Source of the DNA: a virus
Reading direction: 5' to 3' (one strand)
IMG/VR virus record: IMGVR_UViG_3300029258_004419
Length of the DNA stretch: 64,000 nt
Position 1 is the first letter of the stretch; every line of letters begins with the position of its first letter. Shown here piece by piece: positions 33,962-43,209 of this stretch. The position numbers were made by a program, and so were the translations under genes. The notes below the pieces were generated by a model, which was not told the origin of the DNA, did not search any database, and worked only from the letters and a program-made list of their open reading frames with translations.

Positions 33962-34448
33962 CGGAATCGTCCTCCCTCTTCTTCATCTCGCCGATCACGT
34001 CTTCCATGCCCAGGTCGGCGGCCATCGCCTTGAGCTCCTTGCGAACGACCCCCACACCCCCGACCGAGTGCTTCCACAGGCGCCCCAGACGGAACTTGAC
34101 GATGCTCTTCATCGTGTCGTAGCCGACGCCCTTGGCCTTGAGGTCGGACAGCAGCTTGGTGGCCACGTCGACCGCGTCCTCCACAGGCTCGGACACGTCC
34201 TCGCCGCTGATGATGCGCAGCCAGGTCTTCACCGACTCGGGGAACGTCTCGATGAGGTAGTCCGCCAGCCGCTTGATGTTGTTCGAGGCCATCTCCGGGT
34301 CGATGAGGAACTCGGGCAGGATCTTCAGCTTGGGTCTCGCCAGGATGAGACCGTCCGCACGGAGGTCGTCAGTCCACACGTCGAACGCCGCCTCGAGCTC
34401 GCGCAGGTCGGTGGGATCCTGGACTTCGATCAGCATGAACCTAGGCAT
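33954..34448 (-). CDS. hypothetical protein
   Basis: Trimmed to ATG 34448 (8-nt overlap). 164 aa. Confidence 0.6.
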   Translation of the reverse strand: MPRFMLIEVQDPTDLRELEAAFDVWTDDLRADGLILARPKLKILPEFLIDPEMASNNIKRLADYLIETFPESVKTWLRIISGEDVSEPVEDAVDVATKLLSDLKAKGVGYDTMKSIVKFRLGRLWKHSVGGVGVVRKELKAMAADLGMEDVIGEMKKREDDSDE

Positions 34449-35106
34449 CGGGCTCCTCCTTCTTGGGACCGACGACCTCGAAGCCGACAGTGCTCTGGTC
34501 CGCGAGATAGGAGATGCGCCCGTAGTTGATCTCGGGGTCTCCCAGATCCGTGAACTCGACCTCGAGGAGATCTCCATCCGAGGACAGAATCCAGACCCCC
34601 TCCTTGGCGAGGTAGCCCTTCAGCATATCCCTAGTCAGCGAGATGAGACCAGAAGCTCGGATGATGAAGACCACCGACCTCTTCCGGTAGGGGCACGTCT
34701 CACGGAGCCCGCACTCCTCGCAGTGTCGGGGCTCTGCGATGCTGGTATCACAGAGGTCGACCGAGGACTGGCATTCCTCACACCAGCTACGAGAGTGGTC
34801 CTTGTTGTCCTTCCACTCCCCGAAGTCCTGCACGACCTCGTTGGTGTTGGACTTCACCCACACGACGTGCTGAACGTGTCTGCTGCCGCACCGCTTGCAG
34901 ACGACGGGGTCGGACTTGTCCTCGTTCAGAGCGCTCCGGGCCCGTTCCCGCACCGACTGGTCGATGCGCTGGATGTAGTCGCAGTAGAAGGAGTGGAGCT
35001 TCCCCATCCGCTCCTGCTCCGTGGAGCCGCTCCAGCAGGTGGTCGGCGTCAGGTCGAAGCGAACTCCGTGCTCGGCCATATCCTTGATGGTCTCGTCAGC
35101 CTTCAT
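34441..35106 (-). CDS. hypothetical multi-Zn-ribbon protein
   Basis: Trimmed to ATG 35106. Contains CKRCG, CEEC and CEECG pairs. Confidence 0.6.
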   Translation of the reverse strand: MKADETIKDMAEHGVRFDLTPTTCWSGSTEQERMGKLHSFYCDYIQRIDQSVRERARSALNEDKSDPVVCKRCGSRHVQHVVWVKSNTNEVVQDFGEWKDNKDHSRSWCEECQSSVDLCDTSIAEPRHCEECGLRETCPYRKRSVVFIIRASGLISLTRDMLKGYLAKEGVWILSSDGDLLEVEFTDLGDPEINYGRISYLADQSTVGFEVVGPKKEEPDA

Positions 35107-35497
35107 CGATCTTCCTCTGCTTTCTTGCCAGGCTTCGGAGGTTGAACTCCCCCAGCGTGTTGAGGATCGCCTGCTCCAGCTCGTCCCAGACCTCGTCACA
35201 GGCGTTGGGCATCGACGGCGGAACCTTGATTCCATCGCCCACCACCACCTTGTAGAGGTCCCGGATGGTCACCTGCGACGGCATTCGGGCCATCTGGTAA
35301 CCACCCTGCACCCCACGGGTGGAGCGCACGAGGCCAGCTCGGCGGAGGCGCAGCAGGAGCTGCTCCACGTAGTCGCGGGAGAGCCCTGCGCGCTTGGCGA
35401 TCCGAGATACCGAAAGGGGAGTGCGATGCTCACGCTCGTGGTTGATGACCTGCACCAGCGCCAGCGCCGCGTACTCGAGCTGCGTCGTCACCCTCAT
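35096..35497 (-). CDS. Rrf2-family transcriptional regulator
   Basis: Trimmed to ATG 35497 (ATGA overlap). MRVTTQLEYAALAL...SVSRIAKRAGLSRDYVEQLLLRLRRAGLVRSTRGVQGGYQMA is the Rrf2 wHTH signature. Confidence 0.8.
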   Translation of the reverse strand: MRVTTQLEYAALALVQVINHEREHRTPLSVSRIAKRAGLSRDYVEQLLLRLRRAGLVRSTRGVQGGYQMARMPSQVTIRDLYKVVVGDGIKVPPSMPNACDEVWDELEQAILNTLGEFNLRSLARKQRKIDEG

Positions 35498-36012
35498 TCC
35501 TGCACCTCCTCTCGGGGCCGGTACTTGTCGACCCACAGGTCCCACAGGTTGTACACCGGCTTCTCCTGCTTGTCTGCGTAGCGCAGGCAGTTGCGGGTGC
35601 CGCCTCCGGAGCCGTCCCAGACCGCGGCGATGTGAGTGCCTCGGTCGACCATCCACTCGTTGCGGCGTTGCATCTTGGCCGGATGGTACACGCCCTTGCT
35701 GACGAGCTCGACGCGGGTGGCCTTGGACAGGATGGAGTTGTAGCGAGCGCGAGACTCGGGCGGCCAGCGCGACTCCTGCCCCTCGCAAGGAATGGCAGCG
35801 ACGAGGGGGATGCCCAGCTCGATGGCAGCCTGGGCGAGCGCCTGGTCCCACCCGAGGGCCATGCCCGACACGACCTCGACGACCTTGTCGTTCAGCTCTT
35901 CCTGGATACGAACCAGCCAGTCCTTGGCCATGTCCACCAAGCACCAGAAGACGTCGTCGCTGTAGCCACCGAGCTTGGGCGGCCGGTGTCCTGTTCCCGA
36001 CACGATGATCAT
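35494..36012 (-). CDS. SLOG-family protein (DUF1273/YpsA-like)
   Basis: SGTGHRPPKLGGY...VVSGMALGWDQALAQAAIELGIPLVAAIP...RNEWMVDRGTHIAAVWDGSGGGT matches the DUF1273 pattern. Confidence 0.75.
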   Translation of the reverse strand: MIIVSGTGHRPPKLGGYSDDVFWCLVDMAKDWLVRIQEELNDKVVEVVSGMALGWDQALAQAAIELGIPLVAAIPCEGQESRWPPESRARYNSILSKATRVELVSKGVYHPAKMQRRNEWMVDRGTHIAAVWDGSGGGTRNCLRYADKQEKPVYNLWDLWVDKYRPREEVQE

Positions 36013-36170
36013 CTCTCTCGCTCCTTCTTGTCGCGCTTCTCCAGCTTGCGCAGGCAGCGCCGGCAGGTGACCCTCTTCCGGTCGAGGGTCAGCTTCTTGG
36101 GGTCGAAGACCCGGTAGTCGCAGAGCGCGTGCTCTGCGGTCTCCATCTCGAAGTGGATGAGCTTAGGCAT
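36009..36170 (-). CDS. hypothetical small basic protein (53 aa)
   Basis: Not in the track. ATG 36170 follows GGAAGGAG. Its stop overlaps the next ATG (ATGA). Contains C...CRRC. Confidence 0.45.
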   Translation of the reverse strand: MPKLIHFEMETAEHALCDYRVFDPKKLTLDRKRVTCRRCLRKLEKRDKKERER

Positions 36171-36519
36171 CTCCTTCCTCCTCGGATCTCTTCTTCTGCA
36201 GCCGGCGCCGCTCCTCCCGGGCGCTGCGGAACCTGTCGCACAGGTCCTGGGCGATGGCGATCACATTCTCCTTACCGTCGGAGATCCGCTTCTTGACCTC
36301 GGCCATCACCTTGTGCTGCTCGCCCACGGGGAATGGCCACTCACCTTGCAGCACCATCTGCCCGTTGACGTAGGAGTACATCTCCGACTCGAGACGATCC
36401 ATGTCTCCGAGCACCACGAGAGGAGGGCTCTCGAGCACCAGCACGCTCTTGCCGAACGGCCTCGTCGTGGACTTGGCCACGCGAGTGCCGTACTTCTCGG
36501 ACACCGTCCAGTCGATCAT
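36163..36519 (-). CDS. hypothetical protein
   Basis: 118 aa. ATGA overlap with the upstream stop. Confidence 0.65.
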   Translation of the reverse strand: MIDWTVSEKYGTRVAKSTTRPFGKSVLVLESPPLVVLGDMDRLESEMYSYVNGQMVLQGEWPFPVGEQHKVMAEVKKRISDGKENVIAIAQDLCDRFRSAREERRRLQKKRSEEEGDA

Positions 36520-36794
36520 CTTGCACCTCTCGCGTTGTCGATTCGGTCCCAGCGACCCAGGTTCAGCCGATGCCGGAGGAAGCAGCGCATCGCCTTCCAG
36601 AGGGTGCCGCTCTCCCGGTTCCAGTTGATGTCGCTGTTGAACGCGCGCTCGATGAGGCTCACCGCCTCGGGGTCACCTCGGACGCCGTCCCAGAGGATAC
36701 GGCAGACCGCCTCCGACCTGGTCTCTCCGTGCTGCTGGTCCTGGACCACACGACGGTAGAGCTCCTCGTCCATCTCCACACGGATAGTCTTCAT
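36516..36794 (-). CDS. hypothetical protein, possibly RHH-like
   Basis: Trimmed to ATG 36794, after GGGAGGAGAAG. The N-terminus MKTIRVEMDEELYRRV resembles a CopG/Arc beta-strand plus helix. Confidence 0.55.
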   Translation of the reverse strand: MKTIRVEMDEELYRRVVQDQQHGETRSEAVCRILWDGVRGDPEAVSLIERAFNSDINWNRESGTLWKAMRCFLRHRLNLGRWDRIDNARGAR

Positions 36795-36849
36795 CTTCTC
36801 CTCCCAGCCCACACGCAGTAGGCCACCAGCAGGTAGAACCCGATGGCGA

Positions 36850-37503
36850 TCAGTAGTCCACAGTCCACGCGCCCCTCCCAGCGAGAGGATCTCCCTTGTC
36901 GAGGAACCCCTGCCACTCGCCCAGAGCGTTGAGCCGGCTGGCGAAGTTGTAGGCCGCATCAGTGCTGCTCTCGATGCGGATGGTATCGACGGGGTAGGCG
37001 TCAGGATCGTGGAGGTCCCACTCATGATAGCCATGCATCAGGTCACGGCCCTCGGTGAGCAGCAGGCAGTCGTCTGCGAATTTCACCAGCTTCCAGAGGT
37101 CGCTCTGGGCAGGCCACTGCAGGTTGAACTTGATGAAGATGGCCCTGCGGACCTTGTCCTCGATGGCCTTGAACGCGGAGCCGAGAGGCTCGATGTGGCG
37201 GAGGGGCCGGGACAGGTCGTTGGTGTAGGCCTCGGAAGCGTCGTGCATCAGCCCGAGCTTGGCGGCCAGCAGCCGGATACGCTCGTGTTCCTGGCAGTCG
37301 TCTCCCCACTTCTCGTTGGCCAGATTCTCTGCGAGCTGGGAAACGAGGACGCTGTGCTGCGCCACGGAGTAGAGCTCCCCGGTGTGTCCGGTGAACCTGC
37401 AGATGTGAGCGAGTGAGATCACCAGGTCGAGCGGGTCCACCATCGACGGCTGGGGGTTGAGGAGATCGAACTTGATCCCCCTGTAGGTGTGCATCCAGGA
37501 CAT
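36850..37503 (-). CDS. HD-domain phosphohydrolase (YfbR/5'-deoxynucleotidase-like)
   Basis: Contains HICRFTGHT...SVAQHS...LMHDASEAYTNDLSRP (H...HD...D). ATG 37503 follows GAGGAGG. The alternative leaderless ATG 37542 lies inside the promoter-like box. Confidence 0.8.
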   Translation of the reverse strand: MSWMHTYRGIKFDLLNPQPSMVDPLDLVISLAHICRFTGHTGELYSVAQHSVLVSQLAENLANEKWGDDCQEHERIRLLAAKLGLMHDASEAYTNDLSRPLRHIEPLGSAFKAIEDKVRRAIFIKFNLQWPAQSDLWKLVKFADDCLLLTEGRDLMHGYHEWDLHDPDAYPVDTIRIESSTDAAYNFASRLNALGEWQGFLDKGDPLAGRGAWTVDY

Positions 37504-37534
37504 CGGTCCCTCCTCGGAAAAAGTAATGTCGGAA

Positions 37535-37556
37535 GCGTTCATCAGGCTTATACCGG
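37535..37556 (-). promoter_or_regulatory. promoter-like box (minus strand CCGGTATAAGCCTGATGAACGC)
   Basis: Near-identical to the plus-strand box at 878. It overlaps the TAA stop of the upstream gene. Confidence 0.5.
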
Positions 37557-37925
37557 GGAACGGGCCCCCGCTTCGGACTCCTGAGCTAGCCTCTTCACCA
37601 GCTCGAGCCGGTCAGAGTTGAGAGAGGAGCTGCATCCCTCTCCGATCGACAACCACTCCCTCACCATCTCCTCGTCGACTGGTGAATCGGAGTCGAGGAG
37701 GCCGCACCTGTAACTGCCGGGTCCGTCCCCCCGAAGGTAAGGGCACTCCTCTCTTAGCGCGTCCAGATCTTCATCCAGCAGCCCGACGACGAATGGATCT
37801 GACGGGAGAGTCTCTTCTGTGTATCGTCCCTCCGCGATGAGGGATAGAGCGCAGCGAGCCTTCTTACAGCAGTACCCACATCGGACGCATGGACGAAGAG
37901 GGACTCCATCGACGACATCGGTCAT
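37548..37925 (-). CDS. CxxCxxCC (YkgJ/UPF0153-like) putative Fe/Zn-binding protein
   Basis: Contains CVRCGYCCKKARC plus downstream Cys residues. 125 aa. Confidence 0.6.
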   Translation of the reverse strand: MTDVVDGVPLRPCVRCGYCCKKARCALSLIAEGRYTEETLPSDPFVVGLLDEDLDALREECPYLRGDGPGSYRCGLLDSDSPVDEEMVREWLSIGEGCSSSLNSDRLELVKRLAQESEAGARSPV

Positions 37926-38413
37926 AGCCTGGACCTCCCCTTGTCCGTGATGCGCCAGTAGGTAGCCGATCCGCGGCCGGGAACAGCCTCGACGTCTCCC
38001 ACCTCCTCCAGTTGGTTGAGCGTGCGGCGCAGCGTCCTGATGTCTCTGTCGCGCAAAGACTCACAACCTTCGTAGAGAGCTCGAGCAGTGGAGTTCTCTC
38101 CGCAGTTTCTATTCTGCACATCGGACAGCCTTCGGAGCACCAACCAGTCGTAGGGGGCGGGTTCCTCCACGCGCTCGAGCTCGTTGAAGACGGTCAGCCC
38201 ACCCTCGCTGACGACATAGTGACCCGAGGCCGTCTTGGTGACGAGCCTTTTGTGATAGAGGATCAGGAGCAGGCGACGGGTGGTGTTCACTCGCATGTCG
38301 ACGGCGCTCGCGATGTGGGCGACGGTCATCTCGGACGGGTCCGCTATGCGATGCGCACCCACCAAGAGCTTGAGGACCTCGTACTCCTTCTCGGACAGGC
38401 TCATCTGCTCCAT
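37922..38413 (-). CDS. tandem winged-helix DNA-binding protein
   Basis: Two wHTH-like halves: EYEVLKLLVG...VAHIASAVDMRVNTTRRLLLILYHKRLV and IRTLRRTLNQLEEVGDVEAV. The start is ATG 38413 or GTG 38425. Confidence 0.6.
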   Translation of the reverse strand: MEQMSLSEKEYEVLKLLVGAHRIADPSEMTVAHIASAVDMRVNTTRRLLLILYHKRLVTKTASGHYVVSEGGLTVFNELERVEEPAPYDWLVLRRLSDVQNRNCGENSTARALYEGCESLRDRDIRTLRRTLNQLEEVGDVEAVPGRGSATYWRITDKGRSRL

Positions 38414-38453
38414 GTTGGAACACACTCCTTTCTATCTGTGTCGAGGGGTGGGG

Positions 38454-39161
38454 TCAGGCTTCCCAGTCCACCTCGGTTCGCTCAAAGAAGCTGGCCAGGC
38501 GCACGACGTGGTTGGTACTGCGGACAACTCCTACGAAGCCGCGGTGCTCGAGCAGGCGCTTGCGGAACTGTGGCCACTTCGTATCCAACCAAACGAGCCA
38601 GCCGCCAGGGCGCAGAACCCGGGCCAGCTCGAGGGTGCACCTTCGGCCGACAGGCATCGGGGTACCGTAGATCTCGGCGTCCTTCTTGGTGTAGGGAGGG
38701 TCGGCCATCGCCAGGTCGTAGCAGCCGGTCCAGTCGTCGGGTAGGCTCTCCACACTGCAGTTCACTTCAGCCGGCTGCAGCAGGTCGACGCGGGTGTAGG
38801 GACCGGGGGGCAGCGAGCCTGAGAATGCGTGCAGGACGTTCTGCATGTCGGGGAACATCGACATCACGCGAGGCAAGTAGGAGCGGGGGTAGGCGCCGTG
38901 GTACTCGGTCTTGTTACGGTAGTCGTTGCCGATGTGCCAGATACCGAAGAGACGACCACCCACAACCTGCAGCGGAGGCCAGTCGGGGAAGCGGTTGGAG
39001 TAGAGGAGCGCTCGCTCCTCTGGTGAGGGCCGACCAGGGTTGGCGTTGCCCTCATAGGCCCAGCAGTAGTCGGCTCGGCCGTTGAAGCACGGCTCGTCGA
39101 AGTGGAGGCACTTCCCTCGATCACCCAGGTTTCCGCAGCGCTCAATGGATGGTGGGGACAT
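38454..39161 (-). CDS. DNA methyltransferase (DPPY motif; N6-A or N4-C)
   Basis: Trimmed to ATG 39161. Motif IV is DLAMADPPYTKKD and an AdoMet-region-like LRPGGWLVWLD follows. Confidence 0.75.
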   Translation of the reverse strand: MSPPSIERCGNLGDRGKCLHFDEPCFNGRADYCWAYEGNANPGRPSPEERALLYSNRFPDWPPLQVVGGRLFGIWHIGNDYRNKTEYHGAYPRSYLPRVMSMFPDMQNVLHAFSGSLPPGPYTRVDLLQPAEVNCSVESLPDDWTGCYDLAMADPPYTKKDAEIYGTPMPVGRRCTLELARVLRPGGWLVWLDTKWPQFRKRLLEHRGFVGVVRSTNHVVRLASFFERTEVDWEA

Positions 39162-39501
39162 CGTCGTCCTCCTCTGCGTGGCAGACAGCACACTGGCTCT
39201 CGCCGCGGGCATCGGCACCCGTGATCTCGTCGATGGCGTCGCCGGCGACGGCGATGATGGCCTTCGCCTCGAGGGTGTGTGGTTCAATGATGGTGTGCTC
39301 GAGCTCCCCTCGGATGCGGTAGATCCGGTAGATGACGGCCACCTCGTCGGGCACGCCGTCCTTCGTCTCCAAGGCCACGACGAGGGCGCACTGCTCCCCC
39401 TCGATGATGTAGTCCTCGAACTGCATCTTGGCGGTCTCCAAGAACTCCGAGCCAGTCACCTGTGCTCGAGGTCCCGCCGCCACTCCCAGAACGTCCTTCA
39501 C
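39142..39501 (-). CDS. hypothetical protein
   Basis: 119 aa. Normal composition. Confidence 0.6.
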   Translation of the reverse strand: MKDVLGVAAGPRAQVTGSEFLETAKMQFEDYIIEGEQCALVVALETKDGVPDEVAVIYRIYRIRGELEHTIIEPHTLEAKAIIAVAGDAIDEITGADARGESQCAVCHAEEDDDVPTIH

Positions 39502-39532
39502 AGCACCGCCTCCTTCCAGGCAGAGGGTAGCC

Positions 39533-40144
39533 TCAGTCCTCGTCGTCGTCCAGCACCGTCACCTTGCCGTCCTCGCCGATGGTCGCGACCGGTCTGTCGT
39601 CGGCAGGATAGACCTCGGTCTGCTCGACTCGGCAGTCCTCGTGCGGGCAGATCGTGAGAGTCGGACCGATGGTGCGCCCGCACCCGGGGCAGGTCTTGCA
39701 GACGGGCGTCTCACGAGGGGGCGAGGGGACGTGGCCGTCGATGAGCTCCCTGACGGCCACGTCCCCGAGCTCGCTGATGAGGAACGAGACCTGCTTCACG
39801 ATCCCGCGGTTGTTGATGTTGGCGGCCGTGTTCGACATCGCATCGTGCACGGCCTCGTCGAGGTAGTCCTCCGTGGGGACCGCGCAGGAGAGATCGTCGA
39901 TGAGGTCGATGTCGTTGCCGTACTCGTCCATGTTGAAGAAGTCGGGCTCGCTGCCGATCTCCTTGAGGGCCTCGACGGCCTCCTGAGGGGTGAGCTCCTT
40001 GCTGTCGACGTGACCCCAGTTGCCGGCGGCGTCCCCCTCGTCGATCATGTGGTCGATGTCCAGCAGGGTGACGCCCTCGATGGGGTCCCGGCTGATGACC
40101 ACGACCTCGATCCGGGTCTTGAAGAACTTGCGCTCGTCAGCCAC
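39533..40144 (-). CDS. hypothetical acidic protein with C-terminal Zn-ribbon
   Basis: Trimmed to GTG 40144, 6 nt after GGAAGGAGG. Contains CKTCPGCG...CPHEDC. Confidence 0.6.
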   Translation of the reverse strand: MADERKFFKTRIEVVVISRDPIEGVTLLDIDHMIDEGDAAGNWGHVDSKELTPQEAVEALKEIGSEPDFFNMDEYGNDIDLIDDLSCAVPTEDYLDEAVHDAMSNTAANINNRGIVKQVSFLISELGDVAVRELIDGHVPSPPRETPVCKTCPGCGRTIGPTLTICPHEDCRVEQTEVYPADDRPVATIGEDGKVTVLDDDED

Positions 40145-40415
40145 TGGCCGCCTCCTTCCTGTGCGAAGCACACCCACACGGTGGGTTGGTCTCGAAGTCC
40201 AGAAGGATCTCGAGGTACTCCACCTGGAGCGGCAGGGCGAGATCGTCCTTGTGGTGAACTCGGCACCCGCCGATCGCGTACAGCTTCTCCTCGAGCAGCT
40301 TCTTACGCTCCTCGAGGGTGCTCTCTGGCTCCTTGGAGAACACCCCGGTGATGGGCCTGCGGAAGATCTGTCTCGTCGCGATGCACAGCGACTGTACCTT
40401 CAGATTCTTGTCCAT
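40137..40415 (-). CDS. hypothetical protein
   Basis: Trimmed to ATG 40415, 2 nt after the upstream stop. 92 aa. Confidence 0.55.
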   Translation of the reverse strand: MDKNLKVQSLCIATRQIFRRPITGVFSKEPESTLEERKKLLEEKLYAIGGCRVHHKDDLALPLQVEYLEILLDFETNPPCGCASHRKEAASG

Positions 40416-40416
40416 C

Positions 40417-40857
40417 TCACGCCCCCATCCAGTTGTTGCACCGCGGGCAGTTGTGCTCCGTCGAGTTCGCAGGGAGGACGAAGCCGCACTGCCCACACAC
40501 GCGGTTGTAGGGATTCTGCATCGACCGCAGAGCCCCCTGCATGAGCATCTTGAACCAGGCCTGGGTGCCCTCCCTCACCACGATCTCGAGGATGCCGTCG
40601 AAACGCTCCTCCCAGTCGTAGTCCGACCAGAGGCAGTTCTTGATCCACTCCTCCAGCCGCGGCCGCAGGAACTTCTCCAGCTCTGTGTTCACCAGCGCCG
40701 GCAGCTTCTCCGTCTTGAACTTCTCGAACTGCCGGGCGATGAGCTGCGCCCACTCCTCGTCGCTGATGATCTCGAGCAGGGCGACGTCGATCTTCTGCTT
40801 GACTGCGGCGAGCACGTCGCCCGGGCCCGCCTCCAGCAGCCTCTTGGGTGCGCTCAT
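40417..40857 (-). CDS. hypothetical protein with C-terminal Zn-ribbon
   Basis: 146 aa. ATGA overlap. Contains CGQCG...CPRC. Confidence 0.65.
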   Translation of the reverse strand: MSAPKRLLEAGPGDVLAAVKQKIDVALLEIISDEEWAQLIARQFEKFKTEKLPALVNTELEKFLRPRLEEWIKNCLWSDYDWEERFDGILEIVVREGTQAWFKMLMQGALRSMQNPYNRVCGQCGFVLPANSTEHNCPRCNNWMGA

Positions 40858-41309
40858 GTATCACCTCCGTGCCCGAGGGCCGCACACGCCAGGAACGCGC
40901 CCATCACGCACTCCGGGTCGAGGCGCCACTCCTCGGACGTCCAGTAGCCCAGCTGATTGCCTCGGGGGTCCAGGACTCGGACCCACCCCCCGTACTTGTG
41001 CTCATCGCCCTGGCCCACCTCGATCTTGCGGCCGTTGCGAAGGTAGAGCGTGAGCGCAGCATCCGGGTAGGGGACGGTCCTGGCACCAAGGAACTCGAAG
41101 CGCTCTCGACCGTCGGTGAGGATGTCCCACTTCGAGGCCAGCTCGGTCGGATGCTCACCCCGGCGGTCCTCGTGGATCTGGTGCAGGTTCTCCCGGACGA
41201 TCTTCTGGAGCTCGGAGTCGAGCTGGGCTGGAGTACGCCCGACGATCACCTCCACTCCCGTCGCGTGGTGGTACTGCACCAGGTAGATCTCCTGCTCACT
41301 TGCTGACAT
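40854..41309 (-). CDS. hypothetical protein
   Basis: Trimmed to ATG 41309. 151 aa. Confidence 0.6.
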   Translation of the reverse strand: MSASEQEIYLVQYHHATGVEVIVGRTPAQLDSELQKIVRENLHQIHEDRRGEHPTELASKWDILTDGRERFEFLGARTVPYPDAALTLYLRNGRKIEVGQGDEHKYGGWVRVLDPRGNQLGYWTSEEWRLDPECVMGAFLACAALGHGGDT

Positions 41310-42009
41310 CGTCCACCTCCAGTTCGTGCTTGCGGCCGCACTTCGGGCACTCATAGCCGTCGAGCTCGTGGCCGTCGCACTCGCAGGAGAGCTCGCACTC
41401 CACGAAGGCCTCCTCGAGCCCGGAGTCCTCCACCGCATCTCCGAGCTTCATCTCGATGTCGTCGATGTTGCGGAGGGCCCTGCGCTCGGCCTCGTAGATG
41501 CTGCGGGCACCAACCTCGATGTCGCCGGTCATCCAGAACGGACGGCTGACGCGGACCCGGAACATCCTCTCCTTGGGCTCCCGACCGTCGTAGAGAGGGG
41601 GCTGCTTGCCCTCGCGCCAGGCCAGCATGGCCGGCTCGATGTCCCGCCACTCGAGGTTGACCCGGTAGTGGAAGAGGTAGACGCTGTCCACACCCCGCAG
41701 ATGCCAGATGTTGGAGAGGATACGGGTGACAGCGCGGCTAGGCACGTACTCGTCGTCGCCCACGCCGTAGCTGACGAGGCGGTTGAAGATCTCTACTGGG
41801 TCACGAGGGATGTCATCCCAGTCGAGGCAGTGGTACTCGATGCCGTCCATCCAGTCGAGAACGAGGATGCCCATCACTGGCGGCCACTCGACGAGGAGCC
41901 GATCGCTCTCGAAGTTGCCGGTGTCCATCCACGGCTTGGGGTAGGTGACCTGGACAGGGTCGATGGCGACGACGTTGGAGCCGGGAGAGACCACGAGCTT
42001 TCCGGTCAT
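41296..42009 (-). CDS. hypothetical protein
   Basis: Trimmed to ATG 42009. 237 aa with a C-terminal C.C...CPKCG. Confidence 0.65.
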   Translation of the reverse strand: MTGKLVVSPGSNVVAIDPVQVTYPKPWMDTGNFESDRLLVEWPPVMGILVLDWMDGIEYHCLDWDDIPRDPVEIFNRLVSYGVGDDEYVPSRAVTRILSNIWHLRGVDSVYLFHYRVNLEWRDIEPAMLAWREGKQPPLYDGREPKERMFRVRVSRPFWMTGDIEVGARSIYEAERRALRNIDDIEMKLGDAVEDSGLEEAFVECELSCECDGHELDGYECPKCGRKHELEVDDVSK

Positions 42010-42014
42010 GATCC

Positions 42015-42419
42015 TCACTGCAACACCTCCGTCGTCCTCGCGGAATCGTCCATCCTCGGGATGTTGTACACGCGCTTCGACCAGTCCCTGGGGGAGATGG
42101 GCTCGGCGTTGAGCTTCGCCTCTCTCGACCTCTCGCACTCCCGGTAGCACCACTTGTTGAGGCGGAACTCGGGCTTCTGGGGCTTGTACTCTCCGCCCTC
42201 TGAGGTGCCGGGGCACTCCGGAGCCTCCCCGAGCTCGCTGTCGGACAGCCAGACGAAGTCGTCGGGGTTGTTGGGGTCGAGGTCCTCGCTCGGACGCGAG
42301 TTCATCCCCCAGGCCTTGTCGCACCGGCCGTCGCACATCATCACATGGGGCTCTCCGTGGGCCGTGACGCACTTGGCGATCGGCATTCCCAGCACGGACT
42401 GCATCTTCTCGTAGCTCAT
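42015..42419 (-). CDS. hypothetical protein
   Basis: 134 aa. ATGA overlap with the upstream stop. Confidence 0.65.
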   Translation of the reverse strand: MSYEKMQSVLGMPIAKCVTAHGEPHVMMCDGRCDKAWGMNSRPSEDLDPNNPDDFVWLSDSELGEAPECPGTSEGGEYKPQKPEFRLNKWCYRECERSREAKLNAEPISPRDWSKRVYNIPRMDDSARTTEVLQ

Positions 42420-42862
42420 GACGACTCCTTCCTGAACCTGATCTTGCGCGGGGGCGAGGTCGGTTCAATGTCGAGGACCTTGTAGGGTCGATCACGTCTC
42501 TGCACGGAGACGGGGTCCGGCTTCCAGCCCGGAGACCAGAGCTCGTCGGGGATGGGATCGACCTCCTCGAACGGGAGCTCGTCCACCTTCCGCAGCTCCT
42601 CCTCCGGCACCTCCTCGCGGTGGTGTGCTAGGTAGTGCACGCAGAGCGAGTTGGTGTAACACGGCGTCATCGGAATGGAGTGCTCTACGTTGGAGCTCGG
42701 CGCTCCGCAGGAGCAGATGTGGAACCCGCGGGTGGGGTTGACCGACTCGCTCTCCCGCAGCGCGGCCGCCATCTTCCTCGTGTAGCGGTCGAGGACAGGC
42801 TCCGGTGACGGAGGAAGATCGGGCTCGATGAACAGGATGGCTTCTGGCATCTCGTCGATCAT
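42416..42862 (-). CDS. hypothetical protein
   Basis: 148 aa. ATGA overlap with the upstream stop. Confidence 0.65.
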   Translation of the reverse strand: MIDEMPEAILFIEPDLPPSPEPVLDRYTRKMAAALRESESVNPTRGFHICSCGAPSSNVEHSIPMTPCYTNSLCVHYLAHHREEVPEEELRKVDELPFEEVDPIPDELWSPGWKPDPVSVQRRDRPYKVLDIEPTSPPRKIRFRKESS

Positions 42863-43209
42863 GACTCCTCCCCACCGAACTTGCCCTTGCTCAGGTCGAA
42901 GAGCTTGCTGCCGTCGTCCTCCGGTCCGCAGACGGAACAGAGGACTCCTCCCTCACTGGCCGGGCTGCTCTCCTCACCCGGCACTATGAAGCGGCCGCAG
43001 TCGACGCAGTGCGGACCCTCCTCCATCGTCTCCGGGTCCAGGTGGGCTGCGACGGCGGCGCCCTTCAACTTCGGGAGGTCCTCGAAACAGAGGGCGTGCT
43101 CCTTCTTGGCGTGGAGCTGCCGGACGGCCCACTGCAGGTGCTCGAGCATGACGTCGAAGCAGCCCTGGCAGACGTCTCGGTCCTCGCTACGGCATTCAGT
43201 GCACGGCAT
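42859..43209 (-). CDS. hypothetical multi-Zn-ribbon protein
   Basis: ATG 43209 follows GAGGTGAG (TGATG overlap). Contains CTEC..CQGC...CVDCG...CSVCG. Confidence 0.6.
   Translation of the reverse strand: MPCTECRSEDRDVCQGCFDVMLEHLQWAVRQLHAKKEHALCFEDLPKLKGAAVAAHLDPETMEEGPHCVDCGRFIVPGEESSPASEGGVLCSVCGPEDDGSKLFDLSKGKFGGEES

Noticed and set aside
36792-36852. Hydrophobic 20-codon frame (LIAIGFYLLVAYCVWAGRRR*) between the HD gene stop and ATG 36794
   Set aside because: It has no canonical start codon (only CTG or ATC) and is too short to evaluate, although its stop overlaps the next ATG.
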